Assembly (NCBI GenBank): GCA_965205945.1
Contig: CBDBIB010000003.1
Location: 256,001-320,000 of the forward strand
Direction of reading: 5' to 3'
Length of the DNA: 64,000 nucleotides
Origin: Bdellovibrionales bacterium
Lineage (GTDB): Bacteria; Bdellovibrionota; Bdellovibrionia; Bdellovibrionales; UBA1609
Shown here one piece after another: positions 42,817-52,464 of the stretch (position 1 is the first letter of the stretch; every line of letters begins with the position of its first letter). A program made the position numbers and the translations under genes. The notes beneath the pieces were generated by a model, which saw nothing but the letters and a program-made list of their open reading frames with translations, was not told the origin of the DNA and made no database searches.

Positions 42817-43841
42817 GTCCTGATGACAAAGAAGTTTGTCTTGAATTAATTAACACCTCTTCTAAAAATGGCTGTAGACTTAAACTTGCCTGCAGCGATT
42901 TAGAAATTGATATTAAAACTTTCAACCGCTGGAAGCTTTCTTTAACTGATAAAAGAAAAGGACCCTTATCGCCTCCAAAAAATAAATTAAGTGATAAAGA
43001 AAAAGATGAGATCATTAACACCTGTACTTTAAAAAAGTATGTTGATGACTCTCCTCATGTGATAGTTTCAAAACTTGCAGATGATGGAGTTTATTTAGCA
43101 AGTGAATCAAGTTTTTATAAAGTTTTAAAAGAGAATAAACTTTTAGTTCATAGAGGAAGAACAAAACCAAAAACTAAACAAAAGCCAAAAGGAATGACTG
43201 CAACGGAAGTGAATCAAGTTTATTCTTGGGATATTACTTATTTAAAAACTTCGGTGCGGGGTCGGTTTTATTATTTATATATGTTTATGGATGTGTTTAG
43301 TAGAAAGATTGTAGGTTATAAAGTACACGTTAGAGAAAGTATGGATTTATCATCAGAGTTAATTAAAGAGATTTGTGAGAGAGAAAAAATAAAAAGAGAT
43401 GAGTTAGTATTACATTCAGATAATGGCGGCTCAATGAAGGGAGCAACGATGCTAGCAACACTTGATTGGTTGGGAGTTTCAAGTTCATTTAGTAGGCCGA
43501 GTGTAAGTAATGACAATGCCTATTCAGAAAGTTTATTTAAGACGTTAAAGTATGTGCCGGATTATCCAGAGTTTTTTAAAAGCATAGGTGATGCAAGAGA
43601 CTGGGTTGATAATTTTGTTAATTGGTACAATGAAGAGCATCGTCACAGTGGAATAAAGTTTGTGACGCCATCAGAGCGCCATTTAGGAAAAGATAAAGAG
43701 ATATTAGAAAAGCGTAAGGAAGTTTATGAAGCAGCAAGAAGGTTAAAGCCAGAGCGCTGGAGTGGCAGAGGAATTAGGAATTGGGAGCGAGAGAATGTGG
43801 TGTATTTAAATTGTTTGCCAAGTGAAAAAGTAGTTGTATGA
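42771..43841 (+). CDS. IS3 transposase OrfB (rve DDE), reached by -1 frameshift
   Basis: WDITYL, HSDNGG and NDNAYSESLFKTLK motifs; frame open back to the A8 run at 42771-42778. Confidence 0.9.
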   Translation, partial: KKKPRDLGGQRGRRLSPDDKEVCLELINTSSKNGCRLKLACSDLEIDIKTFNRWKLSLTDKRKGPLSPPKNKLSDKEKDEIINTCTLKKYVDDSPHVIVSKLADDGVYLASESSFYKVLKENKLLVHRGRTKPKTKQKPKGMTATEVNQVYSWDITYLKTSVRGRFYYLYMFMDVFSRKIVGYKVHVRESMDLSSELIKEICEREKIKRDELVLHSDNGGSMKGATMLATLDWLGVSSSFSRPSVSNDNAYSESLFKTLKYVPDYPEFFKSIGDARDWVDNFVNWYNEEHRHSGIKFVTPSERHLGKDKEILEKRKEVYEAARRLKPERWSGRGIRNWERENVVYLNCLPSEKVVV

Positions 43842-43996
43842 AGAATGTGGTTTAACTGAATTAAATTTCCCTTCAGGTCCCAACTATCCAAAAATCGGGG
43901 GCCAACAAGTTCTGTGGAGGGCGATGATAAAATTTAATGATATTAAAACAGGTAATAACTTATGATTTGTGGGTAAAAGTCAGCAGTTTAGGGCGC

Positions 43997-44449
43997 TTAC
44001 AGATATAATCGTAAACCTGCCACAATTTGGATATCATCTCTTTTTTGATAGTGAATACGAAAGTCCCACCACTTGCTTGAACCTAGGCGAGCCTTCAGAG
44101 TCCAAATATCAAAACCAGAATGCATCCCATTAATGAATTTTTCATATTGGTAACTAGCAGAGAGTTTGAAATTTTTGAGTATTTCAATATAAAGACCTGC
44201 CTCTGGTAATAAATAAAGAGTCCCCTGATTGTTTCTATTACTTTGTATTCCCACTTTAAGTAAGCCATAGGCTTGTGAGCCTTCCCACAGAAAAAAAGAC
44301 GACCCGGATCCTCCTTCAGAAAATGCTACCAAACACTCCTCACAGGACTGACTCTGCGAACGCAAACCCAAACGCACCTTCCATGATAGGCTTTTAATCT
44401 CAGGGAGGCTAATTCTGGAGCTATTAATGGTGCTTATCCTAAATATATC
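43997..44449 (-). pseudogene. 3' part of the IS-interrupted DUF4105 gene (beta-strand-rich C-terminus)
   Basis: Rejoins the 5' part in frame (..RSLDI-FRISTINSSR..) once the IS and one ATATC copy are removed. Confidence 0.8.
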
Positions 44450-46149
44450 CCCCGATTTTTGGATAGTTGGGACCTGAGAGAAAAATTAATTATTTAAAAT
44501 TCAGTTTAACTTTTGAAATCCACTTTATTTAAACAATATCAGGGGCTTAAAAAGGAAAACATATGAAAAACAATAACCTCAATAAAACTTATAATGAAAA
44601 CTTTAAACTCAACGCTGTGAAAAAATTACTCGCTGACAAAAAAGGACTCACTTACACCGCTAGTAAACTTAACATTGCCTCTTTAACCCTCTATGGATGG
44701 AAGAAAAAATATGCTAATTTAAATTCTATGACCCACAGCAACAGCAATAAAAAACTCTCTCTTGAAGACAAACTTAACTTTATTAAAAAAACTCAATCTT
44801 TAAATGAAAACGAACTTGGAAAATTTCTTAGAGAAAATGGACTTAACTCTTCAGACCTTATTAATTTTGAAAAAGAATTACTTGGACAAAATCCTGTTGG
44901 AAGACCTTCACTTGATCCTGAAATTAAAACTTTAAGGAAAGATAAAATAAACTTAGAAAGATCTTTAAATCGAGCTGAAAAAGCTCTAGCTGAACAGTCT
45001 GCTAGAATCATCTTGTTAAAAAAAAGCCACGAGATCTGGGGGGTCAAAGAGGACGAAGATTAAGTCCTGATGACAAAGAAGTTTGTCTTGAATTAATTAA
45101 CACCTCTTCTAAAAATGGCTGTAGACTTAAACTTGCCTGCAGCGATTTAGAAATTGATATTAAAACTTTCAACCGCTGGAAACTTTCTTTAACTGATAAA
45201 AGAAAAGGACCCTTATCGCCTCCAAAAAATAAATTAAGTGATAAAGAAAAAGATGAGATCATTAACACCTGTACTTTAAAAAAGTATGTTGATGACTCTC
45301 CTCATGTGATAGTTTCAAAACTTGCAGATGATGGAGTTTATTTAGCAAGTGAATCAAGTTTTTATAAAGTTTTAAAAGAGAATAAACTTTTAGTTCATAG
45401 AGGAAGAACAAAACCAAAAACTAAACAAAAGCCAAAAGGAATGACTGCAACGGAAGTGAATCAAGTTTATTCTTGGGATATTACTTATTTAAAAACTTTG
45501 GTGCGGGGTCGGTTTTATTATTTATATATGTTTATGGATGTGTTTAGTAGAAAGATTGTAGGTTATAAAGTACACGTTAGAGAAAGTATGGATTTATCAT
45601 CAGAGTTAATTAAAGAGATTTGTGAGAGAGAAAAAATAAAAAGAGATGAGCTAGTATTACATTCAGATAATGGCGGCTCAATGAAGGGAGCAACGATGCT
45701 AGCAACACTTGATTGGTTGGGAGTTTCAAGTTCATTTAGTAGGCCGAGTGTAAGTAATGACAATGCCTATTCAGAAAGTTTATTTAAGACGTTAAAGTAT
45801 GTGCCGGATTATCCAGAGTTTTTTAAAAGCATAGGTGATGCAAGAGACTGGGTTGATAATTTTGTTAATTGGTACAATGAAGAGCATCGTCACAGTGGAA
45901 TAAAGTTTGTGACGCCATCAGAGCGCCATTTAGGAAAAGATAAAGAGATATTAGAAAAGCGTAAGGAAGTTTATGAAGCAGCAAGAAGGTTAAAGCCAGA
46001 GCGCTGGAGTGGCAGAGGAATTAGGAATTGGGAGCGAGAGAATGTGGTGTATTTAAATTGTTTGCCAAGTGAAAAAGTAGTTGTTATGAAGAATGTGGTT
46101 TAACTGAATTAAATTTCCCTTCAGGTCCCAACTATCCAAAAATTTTCCG
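44450..46149 (+). mobile_element. IS3-family element, copy 2
   Basis: Flanked by the 5-bp duplication ATATC (44445-44449 and 46150-46154); orfA 44563-45063; orfB frame 45018-46103. Confidence 0.93.
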
Positions 46150-47609
46150 ATATCTAGACTACGAACCTTTATCTCAGACTTTCGGTGCCTCAATCGAGTT
46201 TTAAAAACTTCCAAGCTTGTATTATTGGGCCGAGCAATCGATGGGTTCAGCTCGTCATATAGAGCCGGGCGAATGATAAGCTCCTGGAAGTTTCCAAAAA
46301 AACTGCTATACCCCTGCGATAAACCTACACCAAAAGAGTTGACAGAACGATGAGGGCCTAAACTCTTTTGATAAGAGGTCTTTTGAAATCCAGACTCACC
46401 ATTAACCTTAAAACGAGCACGGATCATAGAGAGCCTTTTACTCTCTATCTTTTTACTACTTTTGCCTTTTAGCTTCTGAAATATATAATAGCTAATGAGG
46501 GTCTCTGTAATCTTAGCTTGGCTATTCGAAGAGCTTTCTTTAAAAGCAGAGCTCTTAATATGACTACCATCCTCAATAATAGACTTCACTACATCTCTTT
46601 CTCTACCTTCTAACGATAAATACATCCTTGATAGACGAGTATATCGAGATGGTATAATCCGAATTGATGAAACCATTGGTTGACCATCTATGCGCTTGCC
46701 CTTCGCTAGGTTGTCAAAAAGATCAATTGGTATCGCATAAAGTCGGTTCTTAAAAAGTAAAGGTTTTTTGAAAACATTTTCTAGGAGTTCCGTCATTCTG
46801 AACGCACAATTATCAACTAAGAAATAGTACGGATGATTTTTCCCCAAAAGCTCCCAGGTTATATCTATAATTAATTGCACTTCTCTTTTATCGAGATTTA
46901 AGCGATACTCCCATAAATCTCTCATCTCAATTTCAGAATAATTGTGATTATGATAAAAGAAATCATGGCGTGTAAACGAAGCTGTGTATCCGCCAAATAA
47001 TCCCTTTAGCACATAGAGTATAGGGTTTTCACCTCCAGGAGTCATTGCTCCATAGTTTAATGAAGCATCCATGAACTCTAACTTGTCATCTTTTCGGTTA
47101 AACTTAAGTAGAGGGTGCCCAAAGAAAGAGGCTGGATTGCCAAAGTAACCTGTAGCAAAATAGATTGATATCGATTCTATTTGACCTTGAGCATTCCATC
47201 TTTGATATTCTGAGCATTGCTTAAGTTTTTCATCTAGATTTTTAAGCTGAATATTCTCTCGTAACCACCTATATCGGGCCGGAAAACGGCAAAGAGCGTG
47301 TATATTGGGGTTTGTGTTCTCAAAGAAGCCTTCCATAGCAGCTACTGTGGCTACTAACTCTGCTAACGGATTGTGGCGACCACTAGGTGAAAGAAAAAAA
47401 TCCTTATCACTTATAGCGCTACCTTCTCGCCCTAAGCCAAATAATGAACGCTCATATCGTAACAAGTCTTTCCATTCTTTACTATTTGCCAACTTTTTCT
47501 GAACTGAAGTTATAAAGAGTGAGTGTGTTTTGGAAAACGCTATACTCAAGAAGATGAGGTATAACAAAGGAACTATCCATAGCCCCTTATATCGCAATAT
47601 ACTTGCCAT
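46150..47609 (-). pseudogene. DUF4105 (Lnb N-terminal-like) protein, 5' part, interrupted by IS3
   Basis: W..LLRY, FFLSPSG..NP.AEL, CRFPARYRWL, PASFFGH and YYFLVDNCA motifs. Confidence 0.82.
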
Positions 47610-47625
47610 TAAAAATATCTTAAAT

Positions 47626-48096
47626 TTAGATCAAGTTACATTTGCCTATTTGAGCATGTGAGACTGCTGAGTTAAAAAGGTCCTCAGCTTTTTGTGAGTG
47701 AGTTTTTGCAGAGTAGCCAGAAGTTCTCATTTCTTTACTAAGATCAGACCTAAGCTCTTTAACTATTGTGGTCTGCTCAGAGCAACCAAGCATATTTAAC
47801 ATTGCTGTTAGGTGCTTTCCTTTACCTATGGCTACTTCTTCCTCAAGATTCACATAAGTTTCATGAATAAATTTAGCTGTGGATGCTATTGGCCCCTCAC
47901 AAAGATCATCTGAAGATACATTAGAAGATGTTGCAGTCGTACCCAGATCCCAGATGATATTAGATGTAATTGCTGCCCACCCTGTTTTTTGAAAAAGCAT
48001 GCCACCTATACCACACTCTCTCCAGATATTTCGGGCAGAGGCTACTTGCGGAAGAGCCATCAAAATAGCAATTCCTAATATCGTTAAAACTTTCAT
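47626..48096 (-). CDS. DUF3015-like secreted protein
   Basis: Signal peptide; CGIGGMLF and EVAIGKGKHLTAMLNMLGC; adjacent to DUF4105. Confidence 0.72.
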   Translation of the reverse strand: MKVLTILGIAILMALPQVASARNIWRECGIGGMLFQKTGWAAITSNIIWDLGTTATSSNVSSDDLCEGPIASTAKFIHETYVNLEEEVAIGKGKHLTAMLNMLGCSEQTTIVKELRSDLSKEMRTSGYSAKTHSQKAEDLFNSAVSHAQIGKCNLI

Positions 48097-48243
48097 TCTT
48101 TCCCCCCTTAAAATAAGATATCGTTATGACGTATATTATCAACCTTACTATAGTTTTATGCAAGTAATAAACCCCCCACGCCTCTCAGTATTACTTATGG
48201 TCCTATTGATTACCCCTCTGGTTTCTTGTACTTCACTTTTATA

Positions 48244-48608
48244 ACCCGAGTTGGGACTTTTCCAAGGATCTAAGTATAAATAAAAGATCACCTTAAGCCT
48301 TTTGTAAGATATAGTTTTTTTTACTCTGATCTGAAAAAAAGGAGCTTTGAATGATCAAAGAGAACCAAATTATAGAGATTTTTACTCTTGTTGACGATTT
48401 TATTTTAGGACTAAATTACGAACAGCGCAAACTCACACCCAGCAAAAGGAAGAGTTTCACATTGAACACTCCAGACATCCAAGTCCTAAAAACTTTATAG
48501 TGAATCTTTTATGAGCATTGACTAGGTATTGTCTGCGTCCTTTTAAACCGACAATACGTGCCATGAAAATAGAGTGTTAAACCAGATTTAAAAAGTCCAA
48601 ACTCGGGT
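48244..48608 (+). mobile_element. IS982-derived non-autonomous element (internal deletion)
   Basis: IRs ACCCGAGTTGGGACTTTT / AAAAGTCCAAACTCGGGT; transposase N-terminus MIKENQIIEIFTLVDDF joined directly to C-terminal IEHSRHPSPKNF sequence. Confidence 0.85.
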
Positions 48609-49210
48609 TAACTAAACATAAATCTTATAAGTCGATCAAATTTCCTGTTATCAGCTTCTTGAAGTGAACTAATGTATTCGTCTCTTATTGTACCCTCGAC
48701 ATCTATTGTGTCTTCAGGTTTATGTATTCCCCACGAGAGCATGGGGCTATCGTGTTGCTGTAGTAAAATCTCAGTCATTAAACGTGCGTGCCGGCCATTG
48801 CCATTGGGGAAGGCGTGGATTTGGACTAGTCGGTGGTGAAAGCGCACAGCCATTTCTTTCCATGGATAAGTATCGTTTTCGATCCAATATTTTGTATCAT
48901 CGAGTAATTGCTTTAATTGGGTTGGGATATGACGCCAATCTATACCAATGCTCTTGTCTGACTGTCTTTGATGACCAGCCCACTTCCAAACATCGCTTAA
49001 CATTCGTTTGTGCAAGTTGAATACAAAATTTATTTCTAACAAATTCTTATGGTTTTTGCCGTCAGACCATTTTATAGCTTTACTGATATTATCTTTTTCA
49101 AGTGAATTAAGCTCTCCCTGAGTTGTAATATAATCTGGTATTAAACCATTTACTTCATTTGGATCAAGAGGAGTGGACCCCTTGGGGTATTTAAAATCAA
49201 TTTTAGTCAT
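48608..49210 (-). CDS. Mobile mystery protein B (Fic domain)
   Basis: GSTPLDP..GLIP, WKWAG, FHHRLVQIHAFPNGNGRHARL Fic motif. Confidence 0.9.
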   Translation of the reverse strand: MTKIDFKYPKGSTPLDPNEVNGLIPDYITTQGELNSLEKDNISKAIKWSDGKNHKNLLEINFVFNLHKRMLSDVWKWAGHQRQSDKSIGIDWRHIPTQLKQLLDDTKYWIENDTYPWKEMAVRFHHRLVQIHAFPNGNGRHARLMTEILLQQHDSPMLSWGIHKPEDTIDVEGTIRDEYISSLQEADNRKFDRLIRFMFS

Positions 49211-49695
49211 TTGTTTTTTGATCCTTTATCCCAAATTCTAGAGTCCACATCATCTTTTAGTTCTTTGATCATCTTTTTAAGTTCTGACGTGCTTGTGCCT
49301 GTTCCTTGTTTCTCAAGCTGCATGGTGTGTTGGGTTTGTTTTAAAATCTTTCTAGCAAAGCCCTCTGCATAAACATTTATAATTTCATCAAGGCTTGAGT
49401 ATTTCTCCTTCGGCACGATGGCATATACGAGCTTACAGTCCATAGCATCGGCAGCCTTTTTTAGAATATCTAAGGTAACCTTACCTTCAGCTTCTCGTTT
49501 TTCAATTCTTAGTGCTGTGGCCTGGTTAATGCCCATTAGTTTCGCTAGTTGGTATGTAGACATGCCTAGTGCGCCTCTAATCGCCTTAATCCATCCAGAT
49601 GGGGGAGTTTTATCACTACGAACAGCCCTCCACCCTTTGAGCTTTTTCTCAATAACATCTCTTTGCGTTTTGGTTTTCTTCTTATTGATTTTCAT
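49207..49695 (-). CDS. Mobile mystery protein A (XRE HTH)
   Basis: PPSGWIKAIRGALGMS..QLA, E.REAEGKVTL..L.KAADAMDCKLVYAIVP and HTMQLEKQ motifs. Confidence 0.9.
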   Translation of the reverse strand: MKINKKKTKTQRDVIEKKLKGWRAVRSDKTPPSGWIKAIRGALGMSTYQLAKLMGINQATALRIEKREAEGKVTLDILKKAADAMDCKLVYAIVPKEKYSSLDEIINVYAEGFARKILKQTQHTMQLEKQGTGTSTSELKKMIKELKDDVDSRIWDKGSKNK

Positions 49696-49701
49696 AAGAT
49701 A

Positions 49702-49792
49702 TATAATGCTATAAAAGGCATTATAAGTAAACAATAAAATGCTATTTAAGACATTATAAAATAACTTTATAATGCTATTTACAGCATTATAA
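49702..49792. promoter_or_regulatory. Three phased palindromic boxes TATAATGC-N8-GCATTATA (putative operators)
   Basis: Copies start at 49702, 49735 and 49768 (33-bp period), immediately upstream of mystery protein A. Confidence 0.7.
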
Positions 49793-49899
49793 ACGTACGC
49801 TAAGAAACATCATAGCGTGAGTTTGATTTAATATTTCGCAATAAAATCAGGTAGTTAAAGTTTTTACCATGTCTTAAATTGAGAAACATACTTAATTCC

Positions 49900-50720
49900 T
49901 AGTTAGCCGAGGGAATCTAATCTTGAATACAGACGAAGCTCCAGTTTCCATATCCTCTCCGTGGGCTATAAGCACAGCTCCCATCCCGGCGGGTAGGGTC
50001 TTTAAAAGGTCCAGCAAAGCTCTAAACTGGTGTGCCTCTTTTTGTGATCCTTCGCCAATGGCTTCAGTTAAATCTACACAGAGTTGGTAACTCTCTAAGT
50101 GACCTTTTGATAAATTTCAGTACCAAAAGACCTTGCAAAAAAATCAGCAGAGTCAGGGTCATTTATCCCAAGTACAATCTTTGTGGCTGAGTTGTCCGTG
50201 ATTCGGCTTAAAAAGCCTTGTGCAACTTCTGCGAGATCACCAATGCTTTGGTGAGAGAAGTGTAGGGCAAGCCCTACTGAGCGAACTTTATAAATAAGGT
50301 CTGCAAACTCAGGACAAGCAAAACTAGCAAACTCATCTAAATAGGTTGGGATGAGTTTAACTTTTTTTGCTTTATTTCCTCTATGTGCGATTCCGGCCAA
50401 ATAGTTGAGTTGGTTGATAATTAGTTTTCCAAGAATTGTAACAAGCTGGGGGGACATCAAGCTTTGAAGACGGAAATATAAAACAGTACCTTCTTCAGCT
50501 AAGCTAAAATCCATGTCGGACTTATTCCGTAGGGGATAGGGTTGTATTTAAGTGACCAATTGAAAGAGATCTTATTTGGTCTCTAAGGCCTGATAGTTTA
50601 GAAAAGTCTTTTTCGGCCTGTTTTTAGGGTAATTTTCACTAGTTACAGAGGAGCTAAATGTTTCAGGGTCGGACCCCATGTCCATTATGAAAATGGAGCG
50701 GATGTCCGAAGACTATCTAA
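49900..50720 (-). pseudogene. Type IV coupling protein (TraD/VirD4) remnant; limits approximate
   Basis: YLDEFASF, SHQSIGDL and NSATKIVLGINDPDSADFFARSFGT motifs; broken reading frame. Confidence 0.75.
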
Positions 50721-50754
50721 CCGCCTTAAATCTCTCATTTTTGTGAGTGAAACA

Positions 50755-50922
50755 GTAAGCCCTTCATCAGCCCCACTGTTGACAGCTATTTAGTAGATCA
50801 GCCAAAGCTTCATAATCTTTAAGGGTTTGAGCAGCAGGTAATTTGTTAAACATCTCAGTCGTCACTGTAAATGGATCTTTACCGTTAACTTTTTTAAGCG
50901 CCCTAAAATAGACCCCCTATGA
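50755..50922. mobile_element. Two abutting IS66-family end fragments
   Basis: GTAAGC end at 50755 with minus-strand TnpC tail KVNGKDPF..KLPAAQTLKDYEAL; taagcgccctaaaatagaccccctatga at 50895 matches the IR at 41576. Confidence 0.65.
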
Positions 50923-51202
50923 GCTGATAACCTCATGGTAGAGGCTATGAGAACTGAAATTAAAGCATAGCCGGAGTTAGATCTGATTAGAAAATTTAGG
51001 GGGGAAAGATATTTTACAAGCTCTTGCCCTAATCTCTACGATCAAGTTCTGACCCTTAAAAATCATGTGAACAAATCTCAATAAGTTCATCTCCTCTATT
51101 GGTTCCCAAGTTTTTAAACATCACTGACTCCTTTTTTTATAAAATAAATCATTTTTTTTATCCTCTTTTTTTTTGTTTTTTTAAATGTGAACTTAGAGAT
51201 TT

Positions 51203-51771
51203 TTAATCTGGCCAAAGTTTCCCAAGATTAAACTCAAGATCCTTAAATGGAGGAGCTTTCACTAGATCGTCTTTTTCAAAAATAAGGTCTGCTTTATAGC
51301 TTTTTCCATCTAAAATTAAAACTTCTAACACCCTATTTAGTGGATCAACAATCCAGTAATAAGGAACCTTGTTTTCAGCATAAATTTTTAACTTAGATAT
51401 TCTATCATAACGAGCTGTTGAGGGGGACAATACTTCACAAGCCCAATCAGGAGCTACAGAAAAATATACTTTTTCTGCGAGCTTAGGAAGCCTTTCTCTT
51501 TTTCAGCCTCCTACATCAGGAACAATAACTTGATCTTTTAAATGAACTTCTGGTTCAAATAAAATCCACCACCCCCCAGGACCATTTTCTCCTAGTTGAT
51601 AAGGTGCAAAAAAATAGATCCTATTGCCGAACTTGCATTAGCATGTTCAAACCCAGGCCTTGGGCTCACAACAAGCTCTCCGCTTATAGTTTCACCAACA
51701 ACATTTTTAGAAAGAGCACATAAATCTTCATACAAATCTTTAAATGTTTTTTTCTTTAGTGCTTCACTCAT
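51203..51771 (-). pseudogene. Uma2 family endonuclease pseudogene
   Basis: GELVVSPRP, WWILFEPE, VPDVGG*(W to stop), APDWACEVLSPST and YYWIVDP motifs; length is not a multiple of 3. Confidence 0.85.
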
Positions 51772-52039
51772 ACTTTTACCTTAAATTTTATGTTATACTT
51801 TAAATTATAAATTTAATTTAAAATTAAAACAATAAATAACCCAATGAGGACTTCTCTTTGAGTTTAACTTTTTGATAAAAGTTTATCTTTAGCCTTTTTT
51901 AAGTTGAAATTTGAGTAAACTAAATAGGTACACTGTATACACTACATACTTTACTTAAACTAAGTGTTATGTGTTTTTACATACAAAAGAAGCACTACAT
52001 ATATTATTTGTATTATAAAAAGTATATATTGGAGTAGTG

Positions 52040-52159
52040 ATGAAAGTAATTTCTGTATGTAATAGAAAAGGGGGCGTTGGGAAAGCTACAACCTCAGCCC
52101 ATATTGGCGCAGGCCTTGCACATTTTGGAAACAAAGTCTTGTTAATAGACCTATTATGA
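52040..52159 (+). pseudogene. ParA/Soj N-terminal fragment
   Basis: MKVISVCNRKGGVGKATTSAHIGAGLAHFGNKVLLIDLL*; truncated by IS66-derived sequence. Confidence 0.85.
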
Positions 52160-52231
52160 ATCCTTGTGTAAAAAGTTTATAAGGGGCCTTCCTAAACAAA
52201 AGGCGTGTAATGTTAGAAAAGAACTTAGCTA
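52155..52231 (+). mobile_element. IS66 left-end-internal fragment
   Basis: Close match to 41600-41675 (tatgaat.cttgtgta.aaagtttataag..aaggcgtgtaatgtta.aaaagaacttagct). Confidence 0.75.
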
Positions 52232-52357
52232 ACCCGAGTTAGAATTTTTCTAAGGACCTAAGTTTTGAATAAAAGATCACCTTAAGCCTTTTGTAAGATG
52301 TGGTTGTTTTTTAAATCTGATCTATAAAAAAGAGCTTGGAAAAATCCTAACTCGGAT
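52232..52357 (+). mobile_element. About 126-bp IS982-derived MITE
   Basis: ACCCGAGTTAGAATTTT...AAAATCCTAACTCGGAT ends; internal gatcaccttaagccttttgtaagat is shared with 48244 and 53354. Confidence 0.8.
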
Positions 52358-52464
52358 TTACTAAAGTCTAAATTCAGATTAAATATTAAAAAACTATTTT
52401 TTTAATTCATAGGGTTAGATAGAGTATTAGAGTTTATACGATATAAAATAAATGAGGTATTCAT

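Larger units (their letters stand above)
42200..43901 (+). mobile_element. IS3-family element, copy 1 (exact tips uncertain by a few bp)
   Basis: IR core TTTTTGGATAGTTGGGACCTGA; orfA and orfB; near-identical to copy 2. Confidence 0.92.
42011..43983 (+). mobile_element. IS4-family (IS50/Tn5-like) element, centre replaced by an IS3 element
   Basis: 19-bp ends CTAACTTTTACCCACAAAT / CTGACTTTTACCCACAAAT resemble the Tn5 OE; 9-bp duplication CAGTTTAGG; transposase N-terminus EFKNAQLGDKRLNHRL and C-terminus VLWRAMIKFNDIKTG. Confidence 0.85.
41576..44000 (+). mobile_element. Decayed IS66-family element (outer shell of a nest)
   Basis: Left IR gtaaacgccctaaaacagaccccctatga; TnpA start MLKKNLATTKKDQFWIGHVKKAQAF; TnpC tail GAEASSILYSLLVTIKLNKKDP; right IR ...cagtttagggcgcttac is split by an insertion. 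Confidence 0.78.

Noticed and set aside
46053..46149. C-terminus FLDSWDLKGN... of the 518-aa ORF
   Set aside because: It is read-through into the IS3 right end, not native protein.
47999..48244. Short antisense or overlapping ORFs in the track (also 708-1016, 19720-19935, 42546-43021, 48688-49020, 63713-63925 and others)
   Set aside because: They shadow well-supported genes on another frame or strand and have no motifs.
49702..49792. Possible mini-CRISPR array
   Set aside because: Spacers are only 8 bp, the repeats are imperfect and there are no cas genes; it fits operator sites better.
51925..52010. tacac/actacata short repeats upstream of the ParA fragment as iterons or parS
   Set aside because: Too short and irregular to distinguish from chance in AT-rich DNA.
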